A program made the position numbers and the translations under genes. From assembly GCA_964016885.1 (NCBI GenBank), contig OZ024763.1:13454001-13518000 (forward strand): a stretch of 64,000 nt of DNA, read 5' to 3'. This document shows, in pieces, positions 28,146 to 42,449 of the stretch. This DNA comes from Eledone cirrhosa (lineage: Eukaryota). The notes beneath the pieces were generated by a model that was not told the origin of the DNA, did not search any database, and saw nothing but the letters and a program-made list of their open reading frames with translations. Position 1 is the stretch's first letter. Each line of letters begins with the position of its first letter.

Positions 28146-28321
28146 AGGTGTATTATTGGTTGTGTCAAACAATCCAATAACATTTTTGTTAGCAATAATA
28201 AGTTCTCCGCGCTTTTGTATATCTCCAATTCCATTTATGGGAACAGCTAGATGATGTAAAACGAAGTATTTGTATCAAAATAAAGATCCGAAGGCATGGT
28301 ATAAATTTCCAATCATTTTAA

Positions 28322-28395
28322 TCACGACACATGTTTCAATAAGAGATAGATCGATCGTGTAGCCATGATCGATTATCACTGATCTCATCAGGTGA
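28322..28395 (-). ncRNA. Hammerhead motif, left arm (same strand as WDR33)
   Basis: Reverse complement reads tcac-CTGATGA-...-GAAAC-atgt-GTC-gtga. Confidence 0.75.
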
Positions 28396-28482
28396 AAATT
28401 AACTGTTCATTCAGAGTTTAGCCCCTCATATGAACACCGTTAATTTTCTCCCTCATATCAAGGATTTGAAGACAATTCATTT

Positions 28483-28556
28483 TCACCTGACGAGATCAGT
28501 GATAATCGATCATGGCTACACGATCGATCTATCTCTTATTGAAACATGTGTCGTGA
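28483..28556 (+). ncRNA. Hammerhead motif, right arm of an inverted duplication
   Basis: tcac-CTGACGA(28487)-long stem II (atcgatc/gatcgat)-GAAAC(28541)-atgt-GTC-gtga. Confidence 0.75.
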
Positions 28557-28600
28557 TTAAAATGATTGGAAATTTATATCATGCCTTCGGATTTTTATTT

Positions 28601-28645
<45 letters not shown>

Positions 28646-28959
28646 TGTATATATAGTGTATTTTGCAATACACTGTATGCTTAATTAAAAGCATTTCGAA
28701 GACCTTACGCTATTGTTTTAGAGTAGTGACAGTCTCACTTACTTCAATTTTCAGCAAACAGGGGAGATAAAGCTGACAGAGCTCTGTTTCGCACTTTTTG
28801 GTGCTTATCAAAGCCAACTACTCCGCCTGTTTGCTGAAAATTATAAATGCTTGATTCTTATAGAATTCCAGTAATAATTTATATATATTATATTATATTA
28901 TATTATATATTTTTTGAGGGTCATGCTGCCAATAAAATTCAAAACCAAATATATATATT

Positions 28960-29317
28960 GACTTCTAATGCTCTACACCTTTTTATGCAGCTGTCATCCT
29001 TCATACGCATCACATGTCCATACCAACGCAACCGCCTCTCCTGCACACAGCATTTGATTCCTCTTATGCTCAGTCTCTCTCTCAATTCATTTATGCTTTG
29101 CTGTTCACGTATATTACTATTACACATCCATCGGAGCATGCAGGCTTCGTTTCTTTCTAATCTACGTAGTAAGTCTTCCACCTTCAGCGCCCAGGTCTCA
29201 CTACCATGTAACATTGCTGTTCGGATACACGCATCATACAGTCTGCCTTTCATTTTGAGGGAGAAGCCTTTTGCAGCTAGCAGTGGCAGTAGTTCCCTGA
29301 ACTTCTTCCATCCCGTT

Positions 29318-29320
<3 letters not shown>
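28960..29320 (-). mobile_element. RTE LINE internal fragment
   Basis: ORF 28939-29253 is nearly identical to 20491-20780. Confidence 0.85.
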
Positions 29321-29378
<58 letters not shown>

Positions 29379-29675
29379 ATACATACACACACACACAAAG
29401 AAATTCGTTTTCAAATATAAAAACTGGAAAGATGTAGATGAAAAGTCCTAGGAGGATGAAACGTGTAAATTAAATTATCATATAAATAGTGTTTGGTAAC
29501 ATTTTAATGTATATAAATATATATATAGGGACCTGTCCCTTGTTTGTGCTTTCCTTCTATTTCTAAATACAGTTTATCAAGTAACCACCCAGCCCCTTGT
29601 TCCTTCTAAATTTTTATTAATTTTTTGCTATGACTTGTTCTTTCTCTCCATCTCCCTTATTATTAACTTTCCCTG

Positions 29676-29862
29676 GGTGGATTGGCAGCATCGGTAGAGT
29701 CGGACGCCATGCTTTGACGCATAGAGTTACGGCCCTTGCCATTCTGAGTTCAAATCCCGCCGAGGTTAATTTTGCCTTTCATCCTTACGGGGTCGATAAA
29801 ATATAGTACCAGTAATGCACTGGGTAATTGCTGGGCTTGTGCCTAAAGTAGAAACAATTATT
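29676..29862 (+). mobile_element. SINE family B (tRNA-like head, core gcctttcatccttacggggtcgataaaataaagtaccag), representative copy
   Basis: B-box GAGTTCAAATCC. Further copies near 8575, 10315, 13075, 17321, 24620, 24790, 37845, 41222, 42250, 52317, 54862, 55407 and 58670. The core resembles the Meta-type SINE domain (recalled, unverified). Confidence 0.85.
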
Positions 29863-30389
29863 AACTCTTTCCCTTTCTCTCTCCTTCTCACTTATACCCT
29901 CTTTCTCTCTGCTCCCTTACTACCGTTTTCTCTCGTCTGCCTCTTTTCCCCTACTCCCACCAAGGTTAGACTTGTTTTTCTTCACTCTCCCTATCTTGCT
30001 GTCAATAAGACCTCTGCCTCATGTCCAGCCACCGGTTTGACTTCCCTCTCTCTCCCGGTTACTTACATACATGTGCTTCTCCTCGTCCCCCCACCCCTTT
30101 ATCAGTATGTTTTCTGCACCTTTTTTCTCTTATTTTCCCTTCTGTTTAATTTATTTTCTCTCTCTCCTTTTTTCTTTCCCCAATAACTTACAACAGTTAT
30201 TGACTCACTGGGGTGAGACATATTGTCTTTAATGTGTTGAAATGTCTGAGACCCCCAGCAGACAACTGAAGATGATTCAGGCATGTCCCTTGTTTGTGCT
30301 TTCCTTTTATTTCTAAATATATAGTAATACAGAAGACCCGACTTCCCATGAGCACAAGCTGAAGCATATGTACAATATGCCGTACCCAC

Positions 30390-30692
30390 AACCCACACTG
30401 TAAAGTGGCCGTGTAAAAGACACTGCAAAAAGCACCCAGCCCACACTGTAAAGTGGCCGTGTAAAAGACACTGCAAAAAGCACCCAGCCCACACTGTAAA
30501 GTGGACGTGTAAAAGACACAGCAAAAAGCACCCAGCCCACACTGTAAAGTGGCCGTGTAAAAGACACTGCAAAAAGCACCCAGCCCACACTGTAAAGTGG
30601 ACGTGTAAAAGACACAGCAAAAAGCACCCAGCCCACACTGTAAAGTGGCCGTGTAAAACACATGGCAAAAAGCACCCAGCCCACACTGTCAA
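30390..30692. repeat. About 48-bp subrepeat expanded to 6-7 copies inside an RTE/SINE 3' module
   Basis: Repeated aaaaagcacccagcccacactgtaaagtggccgtgtaaaagacactgc. Confidence 0.88.
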
Positions 30693-31027
30693 TGTGGTTG
30701 GCGTTAGGAAGGGCATCCAACTGTAGAAAACCAGCCAGAAACACCCCTACATAAGCGAGACACAGTCACCCGACACAACTTGCCCCAAAATAGGACCTGC
30801 CTAACCCATGCTAGCGTGGTAAATGGACGTTAATCAATGATAATATATATATAAATGAAAGGTATAGAAATTGTTGTAGCAAGGAGCTAACATATATATA
30901 TATATATATATATAACATATATATATATATACATATGTAAGGTAGATCAAATGAGTTGATAATACAACTATATAAGGCAGACAGATATTCAAAGCTCTAA
31001 TGTGATTTTATTATCCACAGCAAGATT

Positions 31028-31960
31028 ATTTACACGTTTCATTCAAATTAATTGATTTACACAGGTTTCATTCAAATTAATTGATTTACACAGGTTTCAT
31101 TCAAATTAATTTACACAGGTTTCATTCAAATTAATTGATTTCCACAGGTTTCATTCAAATTAATTGATTTACACAGGTTTCATTCAAATTAATTGATTTA
31201 CACAGGTTTCATTCAAATTAATTGATTTACACACGTTTCATTCAAATTAATTGATTTACACACGTTTCATTCAAATTAATTGATTTACACGTTTCATTCA
31301 AATTAATTGATTTACACACGTTTCATTCAAATTAATTGATTTACATGTTTCATTCAAATTAATTGATTTACACGTTTCATTCAAATTAATTGATTTACAC
31401 ACGTTTCATTCAAATTAATTGATTTACACACGTTTCATTCAAATTAATTGATTTACACACGTTTCATTCAAATTAATTGATTTACACACGTTTCATTCAA
31501 ATTAATTGATTTACACACGTTTCATTCAAATTAATTGATTTACACATGTTTCATTCAAATTAATTGATTTACACATGTTTCATCATCATCATCATTTCAT
31601 TTTACGTCCGCTTTTTCCCTGCTTGCAAGGGTGGGACGGGAACTGATTTTGGCTTGATTTCTACAGCTGGATGCCCTTCCTAACACCAACCTCATTTACA
31701 GTGAGTGCTGGGTGCTTTTTTGCCGTGGCACCTCCACGACCACTTTGCAGTGGAATGATAGGGGCCCCAGTCCCTAGCATCTCTTTTCTACAGCTGAGTA
31801 AACTGGAGCAATGTGAAATAAAGTGTCTTGCTCAAGGAAACAACACATCACCCGGTCTGAGAATTGAACTCACAACCTTTTGATTGCCAGGCCAATGCTC
31901 TAACCACTAAGCCATGTGCCTCCATTCAAATTAATTGATTTACACATGTTTCATTCAAAT
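31028..31960. repeat. About 29-bp tandem repeat, about 20 copies, interrupted by a SINE at 31581-31924
   Basis: Unit tacacacgtttcattcaaattaattgatt; resumes after the SINE. Confidence 0.92.
31581..31924 (-). mobile_element. SINE family A, full length, inserted in the 29-bp array
   Basis: Same consensus as other family A copies. Confidence 0.88.
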
Positions 31961-32424
31961 TTTTTTCATGTTTGAAGTCACTAAACATGCAGTTGGTAAA
32001 AAATATCTATTTTATATTATCTAATGATTCTGACGATTTCTCTACAGTTAAATTAAATGCGACTTCCATTTGTATTTGAATGAAATGTTTTAATATATTA
32101 AATAATGTATTAAACATTGGTTATTTATATATTCATATTATATATATATCAGTCCTATACGAGCGAAACAACCAATCTTGCCTCAAGTGGGACAATTCCT
32201 GTCTAAACCCATGCTAGCGTGGAAGATAGAAGTTAAACGATGATGATGATGATATATATATATATATACCACATATGACGGCGTACAAGTTGATCCGGCG
32301 CATAGTTCTAAGGTGTAGTTCAGGTGAAACAGCATGCATATTTCTACATTTTATATTCAGCAGACAAGTCGACTCCTAGTTTTGGAGAAATATTTTTAAG
32401 CCCCAAATGTCGACTTGTACGCCA

Positions 32425-32475
<51 letters not shown>

Positions 32476-32839
32476 CATTGTTTTTATCTCCAGTTTTCCA
32501 ATTTACAACTGGATGCCCTTCCTGATGCCAACCCTTTTAGTCGCCTTATACAACATGCAGGGAGTGTACCTGTTCTAAAAACTGGAATACACACACATAC
32601 ACATAGCCACGTGCATGCATATATATGTATATATGTATGTATATATATATAGATATGTTTATGTGTGTGCGTGTGTGTGTGTATATATATATGTATATGT
32701 ATATTATTATTGTTGTTGTTGTCATTATTATTATTATTAATGTATATGTGTGTATATATATTTCTTTTTATTTTATTTTATTTTTTTATTAATTTTTTTT
32801 TCTCCTCGTGCAATGGCCATACTCGATAACGAGGGGGCA

Positions 32840-32885
<46 letters not shown>

Positions 32886-33463
32886 TACATACATAGGCAC
32901 ACGTGTGTGTGTGTGTGAGGAAACTATTCTGCACCAATCTCTGTACCCTCCCCCCAACTAGCTATGTATCCCACTCTTTCATGTCAAACTTGCTTACTTG
33001 TTTCAACCCCACCCAAACCATCATTCCTCACCCCTAATTCACCTCTCCTGCCCAACCCACGTGTACAAGCATGAAAGCTGGACATGCTTGACATCTGATT
33101 TCCCACAATGCTGATGCCACGATAAAAAAATAAAAAAAAATTTAAAAAAAAGCACTAAATCCACCCTAGATTGCAGTGGTGACACGAGAAAAAACAAGCA
33201 CCCAATCAACCCTGTAAAGTGGTCGTGCTGGTGCCACGATAAAAAGCGCCCAGTCCACCCTGTAACGTAGTTGGCATTAAGAAAGGCATCCAGCCGTAGA
33301 AACCAAACCAGAAACAGATCCGTATGAGCAAGACGTGGTCACCTGACCTGACATGTCTCGTAACGGGACAACCTGTCGAACCCATGCAAGCGTGGAAATT
33401 GGACGTTAAACGATGATGATATCTACTTTGGAATAGCATCCTTTACGTGTTACCCAATATAAT

Positions 33464-33521
<58 letters not shown>

Positions 33522-34604
33522 CATACATACATACACACACACACTGTGTATATATTACATAACATTAACAATATAAGTAGCTACATGTGTGTATATAGAA
33601 AGGAAAACGAAGAGTATATATATATAAATGGGGAGAGAGATAGAGAGAGAAAACAAAAGACTACGAGGTCGATTAATCTGCTAAAAATAGCAGTCAAATA
33701 CCGCATCTTATCACACACAAAAAACGTGGGAGAGGATAAGGGACGAAGACATTGGATTGCGTAGTTAGAAATAGCAGTCAAACCTTTCTTATGACATTCA
33801 ATCATTTTTATATTTAAGAGGGGGGGGTGGGGGGGGGGGGCGAAGAGTAAATTGGGTTAAGGAGTTCCTGAAACTGTTAGAAATAGCAGCTAAATGAAGA
33901 ACACCGTAGATAACGCTGACAGGTTAGTCATATGTGAACCACCTTAGATCAGACAGAGGCTTACTTGATAGGGACTGGCCTGGGGTTAAAATAACAGCAA
34001 CCAGTAAGTAAAAAGTGAGTAATACTGGTGTAAATATGAGACAGAAAGGGGTAGGGAGCTATGAATAGTTACTCACACGAGCAACAATCGGGGTTAACCA
34101 CAGTAAGTAAGGTACTCAATACATGAAACAGTTCTAGACATGTAGAAGCCATTTCTATATTAAACATATATTTATATATATATATATACGATATATTAAC
34201 AAATGGAAACTATATTTATTTCATTATACATATTTCAAGGACACCAAGTCAAATTATGGTGTGCTTTCATCAGATAAAATATAATATAGATCAGTTTTAT
34301 AAATAAATATTGACATACCCTTAAAGAATGCAACCATTACTGTTGGAAGCTCCCGAGAGCTTGCATTCTTTAAGAGTATGTCAATATTTATTTATAAAAC
34401 TGATCTATATTATATTTTATCTGATGAAAGCACACCATAATTTAACTTGGTGTCCTTGAAATATGTATAATGAAATAAATATGGTTTTATAAATATAGTT
34501 TCCATTTGTTAATATCGTATTTTTACTCCAAATATTTGTTGAGTGCTTTATATCAGTTATAAAAATATTTGCTTGTTGTATCCCAACAAATTAAATAGAA
34601 CTCT

Positions 34605-34658
<54 letters not shown>

Positions 34659-34722
34659 ATATGCCAAGACTGAAATTGAACCATCAACACCGTTGAGGTA
34701 TGTCGTACATCAATTTATATAT

Positions 34723-34784
34723 TTTATCTGATGAGGACGTACTGAAAAAACACCACAAGTACCTCTGAAATATATATAATAAAA
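34723..34784 (+). ncRNA. Hammerhead motif family tttat-CTGATGA...GAAA-tatata-TA-ataaa; other copies with cores at 34421, 34273 (-), 35862 and 41585
   Basis: Stem I tttat/ataaa; stem II gtac/gtac or acacca/tggtgt is retained despite sequence differences between copies. Confidence 0.65.
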
Positions 34785-34867
34785 CATATTTTGAGTGCGT
34801 CAATGTCTCCATTTATTAATATTTTGAATTTATATATATATATATATAATGATGATGATGATGATGA

Positions 34868-34902
<35 letters not shown>

Positions 34903-35004
34903 GTATAATAAACAATGCAATATAATTACCCCATTACCAGAGGTTTCCCGAATAAGACAAATACAAGAAACGTCCTCATGACTTTTTCAACGGAAACTTC
35001 AATA

Positions 35005-35053
<49 letters not shown>

Positions 35054-35165
35054 ACGAGTAGGACCCCGACGGCTGAGCTCAAGTTCCTATTACCCACTCT
35101 ACTACCCTAAGTATTGAGTACTTTGGGCGTTATGGTCCATCTGGTTCCTTACCACATTTCCTTCG

Positions 35166-35221
<56 letters not shown>

Positions 35222-35489
35222 AAGGAAAAGTGGTAAGGAACCAGGTGGACCATAACGCACCAAAGTACTCAATACTTGGGGTAGTAGAGTGGGTAATAGG
35301 AACAAGTAAGACCCCGACGGCTGAGCTCAAGCCGTTTCGACGGCTAATTCTGGACTGAATTAGCCGTCGAAACGGCTTGAGCTCAGCCGTCGGGGTCCTA
35401 CCTGTTCCTATATATATATATATATATACGATATATTAACAAATGGAAACTATATTTATGTTGTATCCCAATAAATTAAATATAACTTC

Positions 35490-35529
<40 letters not shown>

Positions 35530-36057
35530 ACATTCATGAGCTCGGCTGGTCTCGCTTGGGAATCCAGTCGATTGCTTCTGACAGGACTCGCTAGAAGAAG
35601 GATGTTTCAGAACTCTGACCCCCATGACCCGTTCAGGATTACGTGGGCGAAGATATATATAAATATATAAGTATTCAATGATATTAAATAAATGGAAACT
35701 ATATTTATAAAACCATATTTATTCTATTATATATATTTCAAGAGTACCAAAAAGTTTGGTGCGATTTCAAGGATAATTTGGTATAATCCAAGGATAATTC
35801 AACTGATAAGGTATGTTTCCTTGGCTATGTCAAAATTTATAAAACACACTTTGTATTTTATCTGATGAGAGCGTACCAAAGTTTTGGTACCCTTGAAATA
35901 TATATAATAGAATAAATGAATAAATATGGTTTTATAAATATAGTTTCCATTTATGTAATATCATTGAATATTTACTCCAGAAAACCGGTCGAGTGCTCTG
36001 AATCAGTTATAAACATTTATATTTGTTGAATTTCCAACAAATTAAATATCCCTTCTG

Positions 36058-36098
<41 letters not shown>

Positions 36099-36291
36099 CG
36101 AAGGAATTGTGGTAAGGAACCAGGTGGACCATAACGCACCAGAGTACTCAATACTTAGGGTAGTAGAGTGGGTAATAGTAACGAGTAGGACCCCGACGGC
36201 TGAGATCAAGCCGTTTCGCCGGCTATTTCTGGTAGTCCAGAAATAGCCGTCGAAACGGCTTAAGCTCTGCCGTCGGGGTCATACTTTTTCC

Positions 36292-36415
<124 letters not shown>

Positions 36416-37055
36416 CGTGGCACCTGGTGCTAGTGTTTCGTACTAGAGCCTCAGGTTGAACAATTTCGATTGAGTGGATTTTGGTAGACGGAAACTGTAG
36501 AAGCCCGTCGTGTGTGTGAGAGAGAGTTTATGTCGTCTAATATGGCGGTTCGACGAAAAGTGACCGATACAATAAGTACCAAACTAGAAAAAAATGTAAC
36601 AAATACTAATAAATCTAATGGGTGAAACCAGTAAAAGAATAAAAGAACTTGAATATATATATATATATATATATATAGTGTTTAATATTATACAGTGTGT
36701 ATATGTATTATTCTACTCTGCGATGTGTATATATATCTATATATATACTACTTCACTTTTCCATGATGGCATGGGCTGGACACGATGGGAGAGAGAGCGA
36801 TTTATATGTATGTATATATATATATATATATATATAGTTTTGTGTGTATATATATAAAGATGTACATACATATATACATAAAGAAAGAATGTGTGTATGT
36901 ATGATAGATTTACTTTGTTATAATATACACACATTATATACATACATATGCGTGCGTGAACACAAGTTTTCGTCGCTTTCAAACATTTCAAACCTTTCTG
37001 AGTAGCAATGGAGTGAATATATTGTATATATCGATTACTGATTCTCACGTGTATG

Positions 37056-37092
<37 letters not shown>

Positions 37093-37160
37093 AGTGTGTG
37101 TATATAATCATATGAGGTGTATATAATATTGTAGTAATACCAGATAAAACAAATACTCAC

Positions 37161-37560
37161 CTATGGAAATGTCTATATAATGTGACCGTATATATAATGT
37201 TACCGTATATATAAAGCTAGATTGATGTATATGAAAGTCCAATGTAAACTTTATGTGTGTCCTCTAAGGCTATAAATTCGCCGTAGTAGTGTTAGTAGTC
37301 GATGTGATGGTCGTTATTGGAGTGGAAGACTGGACTATCAACAACATGGCAGCTTCACTCTCTCTCACTTCCCTCCCTTTCTTCTTTTCTATGATACTAC
37401 AAGCGTCACCTAGCGGACTGAACCGATACGAACACAACGACAACCGCGCAAATATAAGAAGAATACATAAAGAAACAGAGAAAACCAAGAGGAGATAATC
37501 TTTGTTGACCTGCTTGTTTTTGTATTTTTTCGACTTTTCGTCGTGATTCGTTTAATTGTT
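37161..37560 (-). other. WDR33: Probable non-coding first exon (5' UTR) of WDR33; 5' boundary approximate
   Basis: Island of unique, non-repeat sequence ending in a consensus donor AG|GTGAGT at 37161/37160. Coding exon 1 has an acceptor 21 nt before its ATG, so an upstream exon is required. Confidence 0.55.
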
Positions 37561-37620
37561 TTTTTTTTTAGGAATTAGGTCAACTTTAGCCTCACACCGA
37601 GATAATGGCGCCGGCCACTT
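37343..37620. promoter_or_regulatory. Putative WDR33 promoter/TSS region with YY1-like motifs
   Basis: AACATGGC at 37343-37350 and ATAATGGCG at 37602-37610 resemble the YY1 AANATGGC motif; local CpG enrichment. Confidence 0.35.
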
Positions 37621-37677
37621 TAAAACTGATATATATATATATAGATATAGATATATATGTGTATATATATGTGTATA

Positions 37678-37712
<35 letters not shown>

Positions 37713-38250
37713 GTGTGTGTGAGTGAGTCTCGGGATCAATAGCGGGTAACCACAATAAGTAAGGTACTCAATACATTACTAGAGAGTAAACATGATATGA
37801 TGTTGACCGGCAAAAATGAGTACTCAATACCGAAGTAGATTTTAATAATGATTTCTACTATAGGCACAAGGCCAGCAATATGAAAGGAAGGGGAAATTCG
37901 ATTAAATCGATCCCAGTGCATTACTGGTACTTTCTTTTATCGTCCCCGTAAGGATGCAAGGCAAAGCTAACCTCGGCGAGATTTGAACGTAAAGGGCCAT
38001 AACTCTATGCCGTTAAGCATGTTGTCCGACGCTCTACCGATTCTGCTAATTCACCGCCCGAGTAATATTATTCTTTATTCAGGCTGTGATGAGTCTTGTT
38101 ACTCAGGAGTTTCACGTGAGTACTCACAGGATGATCAGCCACGACTATCTTGTCTGATCATCCTGTGAGTAGTCAGGTGAAACTCCTGAGTAATGAGATT
38201 TTTAACATAGTCACAATAAAGAAAGAAATATATATATATATATATATATA

Positions 38251-38595
38251 TGGAGGCACATGGCTTAGTGGTTAGAGCATTGGCCTTGCAATCGAAAGGT
38301 TATGAGTTCAATTCTCAGACTGGGTGATGTGTTGTTTCCTTGAGCAAGACACTTTATTTCACATTGCTCCAGTTTACTCAGCTGTAGAAATGAGATGATA
38401 GGGACTGGGGTCCCTATCATTCCACTGCAAAGTGGTCGTGGAGGTGCCATGGCAAAAAAGCACCCAGCACTCACTGTAAATGAGGTTGGTGTTAGGAAGG
38501 GCATCCAGCTGTAGAAATCAAGCCAGAATCAGTTCCCGTCCCACCCTTGCAAGCAGGGAAAAGTGGACATAAAATGAAATGATGATGATGATGAT
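38251..38595 (+). mobile_element. SINE family A, full length
   Basis: Same consensus as other family A copies. Confidence 0.88.
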
Positions 38596-38639
38596 ATACA
38601 AAGTAATCAATAAAATGATGTGTCAAACACACTGACTTC

Positions 38640-40950
38640 TTCTTCGCCCACTTATTCCTGTGAGGGTTGTGGGGGCAGAGTCCTCAAACGCACCTTCCTG
38701 TCAGAAGTAACCATCTCCAACTGATCTGGCTGGATCCCCAAGCATGACCAGCCAAGCTCATGGATATTATCCAACCATCTTGCTTGGGGTTTGCACCTGG
38801 GTCCCCTGCCAATTGATTTTGCCTGTAAAATCTATCCAGCGATTCTTTTCTGAGACATTCTAACCACATGCCCGTAGTATCAGAGCTGTGATCTCTCAAT
38901 ACAGAGAAGTAGCAGTTCTACCTGGAGCGACTCTCTGATCTCCGAGCTACAAATCTGTCCAGTGATTCTTTCCTGAGACATTCTAACCACATGCCCATAG
39001 TATCAGAGCTGTGATCTCTCAATTCAGAGAAGTAGTGGCTCTACCTGGAGTGACTCTCTGATCTCCAAGCCATGCACTTTATCGAGTAGTGTTACTCCAA
39101 AGACCCTTCAGAGGAATCCCATTTTGGCCAGTTGTATTCATAATCGTATTCTTTCGGTCATGACCATAGGTAAGGGTTGACACGGAAACCAAATTGAAGA
39201 CAGCGAGGTTGGCGTTTACGCCCACCCCCCTTCTTCTGATTACTGAATGCTGAAAATGCACCAGCATTTGCAATTTTTGCACTTACTTCATTATTATATT
39301 AATACTCCATGCTGTATTGACCAGATTGATAGCATCACAACTTAGAAAGTACACCACGTTGAGTGCTTAATCCTGTCTACACTTTTTATTGGTTGATCAA
39401 CGAGTACAATTTGAAGACCAACAACGGATTAACTAACATCAATGAACTAAATAAATATTTATATATGCATGGTCAACAATCTTGGGTAATGACCGAAAGA
39501 ATACAATCATAAATACAAGCGGCTGGAATGAAATTCCTCCGAAGGGTCTTTGGAGTAATGTTATTCAATAGAGTGTGTCACTCCAGGTGGAGCTGCTACT
39601 TCTCCGAATTGAGAGATCACAGCTCCGATACTATGGGCATGTGGTTAGAACATCTCAGGAAAGAATCACTGGAGAGATTTTACAGGCAAAACAAAATGGC
39701 AAGAGTCCCAGGGGTAGACCCCAAGCAAGATGGATGGATAACATCTATGAGCTGGACTGATCACGCCTAGGGATCCAGCTGGATCAGTTGAAGAAAGTTG
39801 CTTCTGACAGGAGCTGTTGGAAGGAGTGTTTGAGGACTATGCCCCCCCCCCCCCCCTGACCCTCTCAGGAATAAGTGAGTGAAGAAGATATATATGCACA
39901 CATAGATACACACACACACACACACACCCTCACATACGTATCTTTTCCAGCACACCATCTTCCACTTGTTGCGGTCCTTTGTAATCTCCTCTGAGTTTCA
40001 GCAATATGTGATAAGGAAACAATCTCTCTCCAGGTCTTCCTTCGTCTCCCTCTACTGCAGCTTCCTTCCATTGGGACATCTTGGTATTTCTTCACCTAAT
40101 GATCATCATCTATATGCATCACATGGATGGCCATACCAGTGCAATCATCTCCCCTACACACAAAATCTAATTCCTTTATATTCAGCTTTTCTTTCGACTT
40201 ATCTATGTTTTGCCTTTTACACATATTAACATTGAACCTTCATTGAAGTATGCTCGCTTCATTTCTCTCTATCCTCTGCATTCATTGTCCATGTCTCACT
40301 GCCATAAATATCATACAGCTGGCCTTTCTTTTGTAGAAAGAAACCTTTTGTTCTTAACAGCGGTTGTGGCTCTCTGAATGTTTTCCATCCTGTTCTTATC
40401 CTAACTGCTATGTTCTCAGTGCAACCTACTCCACTGTTAATTAAATCACTCAAGTAGCAGAAGCTATCAACTACTTCTGTTGACTTTTCATGAGATTGGA
40501 AAAAGTTTATTTCACTGATGCTCTTACTACCAACTAGGAGTCTAACCCATGCTAGCATGGAAAATGGACATTAAATGATGACTATATCCCTGTGTATCTA
40601 GCTCATATAAAGTCTACCTTTTTCTGTTAGTCAGCCTGGTATCCCATTACACCTCTTGCGTACCCAGTATTTACATTGTGTACATCATATAGTTTACACC
40701 TACTGCTTTTCTACATATCAAGCATGGCCACAGGGTCTTGCCATCTTTCCTACTTACAAAAACTTTAGGGTGTTTTTCCCAAGTTTTCTCTAAGCACTTT
40801 TGATCTTTAAAGTTCTGTTTCTGATGCCAGAATTTTTCTCTAGTTCTTTCACTGATTTGGCTATAAGAACCAGGTCATCATACAGAAATTCTCATGAACA
40901 ACCAACCTGTCTTAAACCCCTCTGTTAAGGTCTGGGGAGCTATAACAAAC
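38640..40950. mobile_element. Cluster of decayed RTE fragments in both orientations (38640-39260 -, 39480-39880 +, 39945-40500 -, 40600-40950 -)
   Basis: RIERSQLRYYGHVVR, GRPQARW, VDSFCYL and YGSETW remnants. Confidence 0.75.
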
Positions 40951-41678
40951 ATGAGTGAGTATGACCCCCTCGTGTATTAGTTTATTTATTATAAGGTTTA
41001 CTAATTCAGCTACTACCTCTCCAGAGGGTTTCAGCATTTTATTAACTATATCCGACTTCCACATAAAGGTAACTCAAAACTACATCAATAAAGTCACATG
41101 ATTTTATACCATAAATTACTATTCTATCATAAATATCTAGACTGGGACATTAACCTAAATATCCTCTATAAATTCATTCAGATTATCATCTATATAAGGC
41201 TTCTGAAGATGTACAATATTTAATTGTTTCTATTTTTTGGCACAAGGCCAGCAATTACCCAGTGCATTACTGGTACTTTATTTTATCGACCCCGTAAGGA
41301 TGAAAGGCAAAGTTAACCTCAGCGGGATTTGAACTCAGATCATAAAGGGCCGTAACTCTTTGCTGCAAAGCATGGCGTCCGACCCTCTGCCGATACTGCC
41401 AATCCACCACACTCAATATTTTCCTCTTTAACTACATTGAAATAACATAAGCATTAGTTGAATAAGATGTATTGAAACATATGTAACACTATTAAATTGT
41501 TTAAAGAAATCTTCTTTGTCATCACATATATTGTTATATATAATATATATATATATATAACTAGATCACTAGAATTCTATTTATCTGATGAAAGCGTACC
41601 AATGTGTCTTGGTATCCTTGAAATATATATAATAAAATAAATATGGTTTTATAAATATAGTTTCCATTTATTTAATAT

Positions 41679-41745
<67 letters not shown>

Positions 41746-42108
41746 AAAGAATAGAGGTGTAACACACAAGTTATTATATATTGGTAAACGGAATAGAAAA
41801 TGCTGACAAATTGTTCACTGTCAGCATTTTCTATTCCGTTTACCAATATATTTGGTAGGTCAGACGTGATCATCGCGATTCACATACGACCTACCATACA
41901 TCTTACTTATATATATATATATATATATATAAACTAATATGTATGTGATGAAACACAGATACCAACACATCTGTATATATATTGCAATATATATACAGAT
42001 GTGTTGGTATCTGTGTTTCATCACATACATATTAGTTTATACACGGCTCAGTGGGTATTTTCCTCCTTCGAGCTAATTCCATTGTAAAAGAATTCATTAC
42101 CTTATTAA

Positions 42109-42183
<75 letters not shown>

Positions 42184-42449
42184 TGTGTGTGTGTGTGTGA
42201 TATAGCTATAGATATGCATACATATATATATATATATATATATAATAATAATTGTTTCTACTTTAGGCACAAGGCCAGCAATTACTCCAGTACATTACTG
42301 GTACTTTATTTTATCGACCCCCGTAAGGATGAAAGGCAAAGTTAACCAATACAAGGACGATTTGTTAAGCCTTCATTACGCTTATTGATCGGCGACGAGC
42401 GTTTCGCTATTGATCAGCTCAAAGTTCATTCTGTCATTACTCCAGCAGA

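Noticed and set aside
31671-31883. Recurrent MPFLTPTSFTVSAGC... ORFs suggesting a gene family
   Set aside because: Antisense translation of SINE family A copies.
37270-37498. 72-aa (-) and 69-aa (+) ORFs in the unique island
   Set aside because: Non-ATG starts and no recognisable homology; better explained as UTR/promoter.
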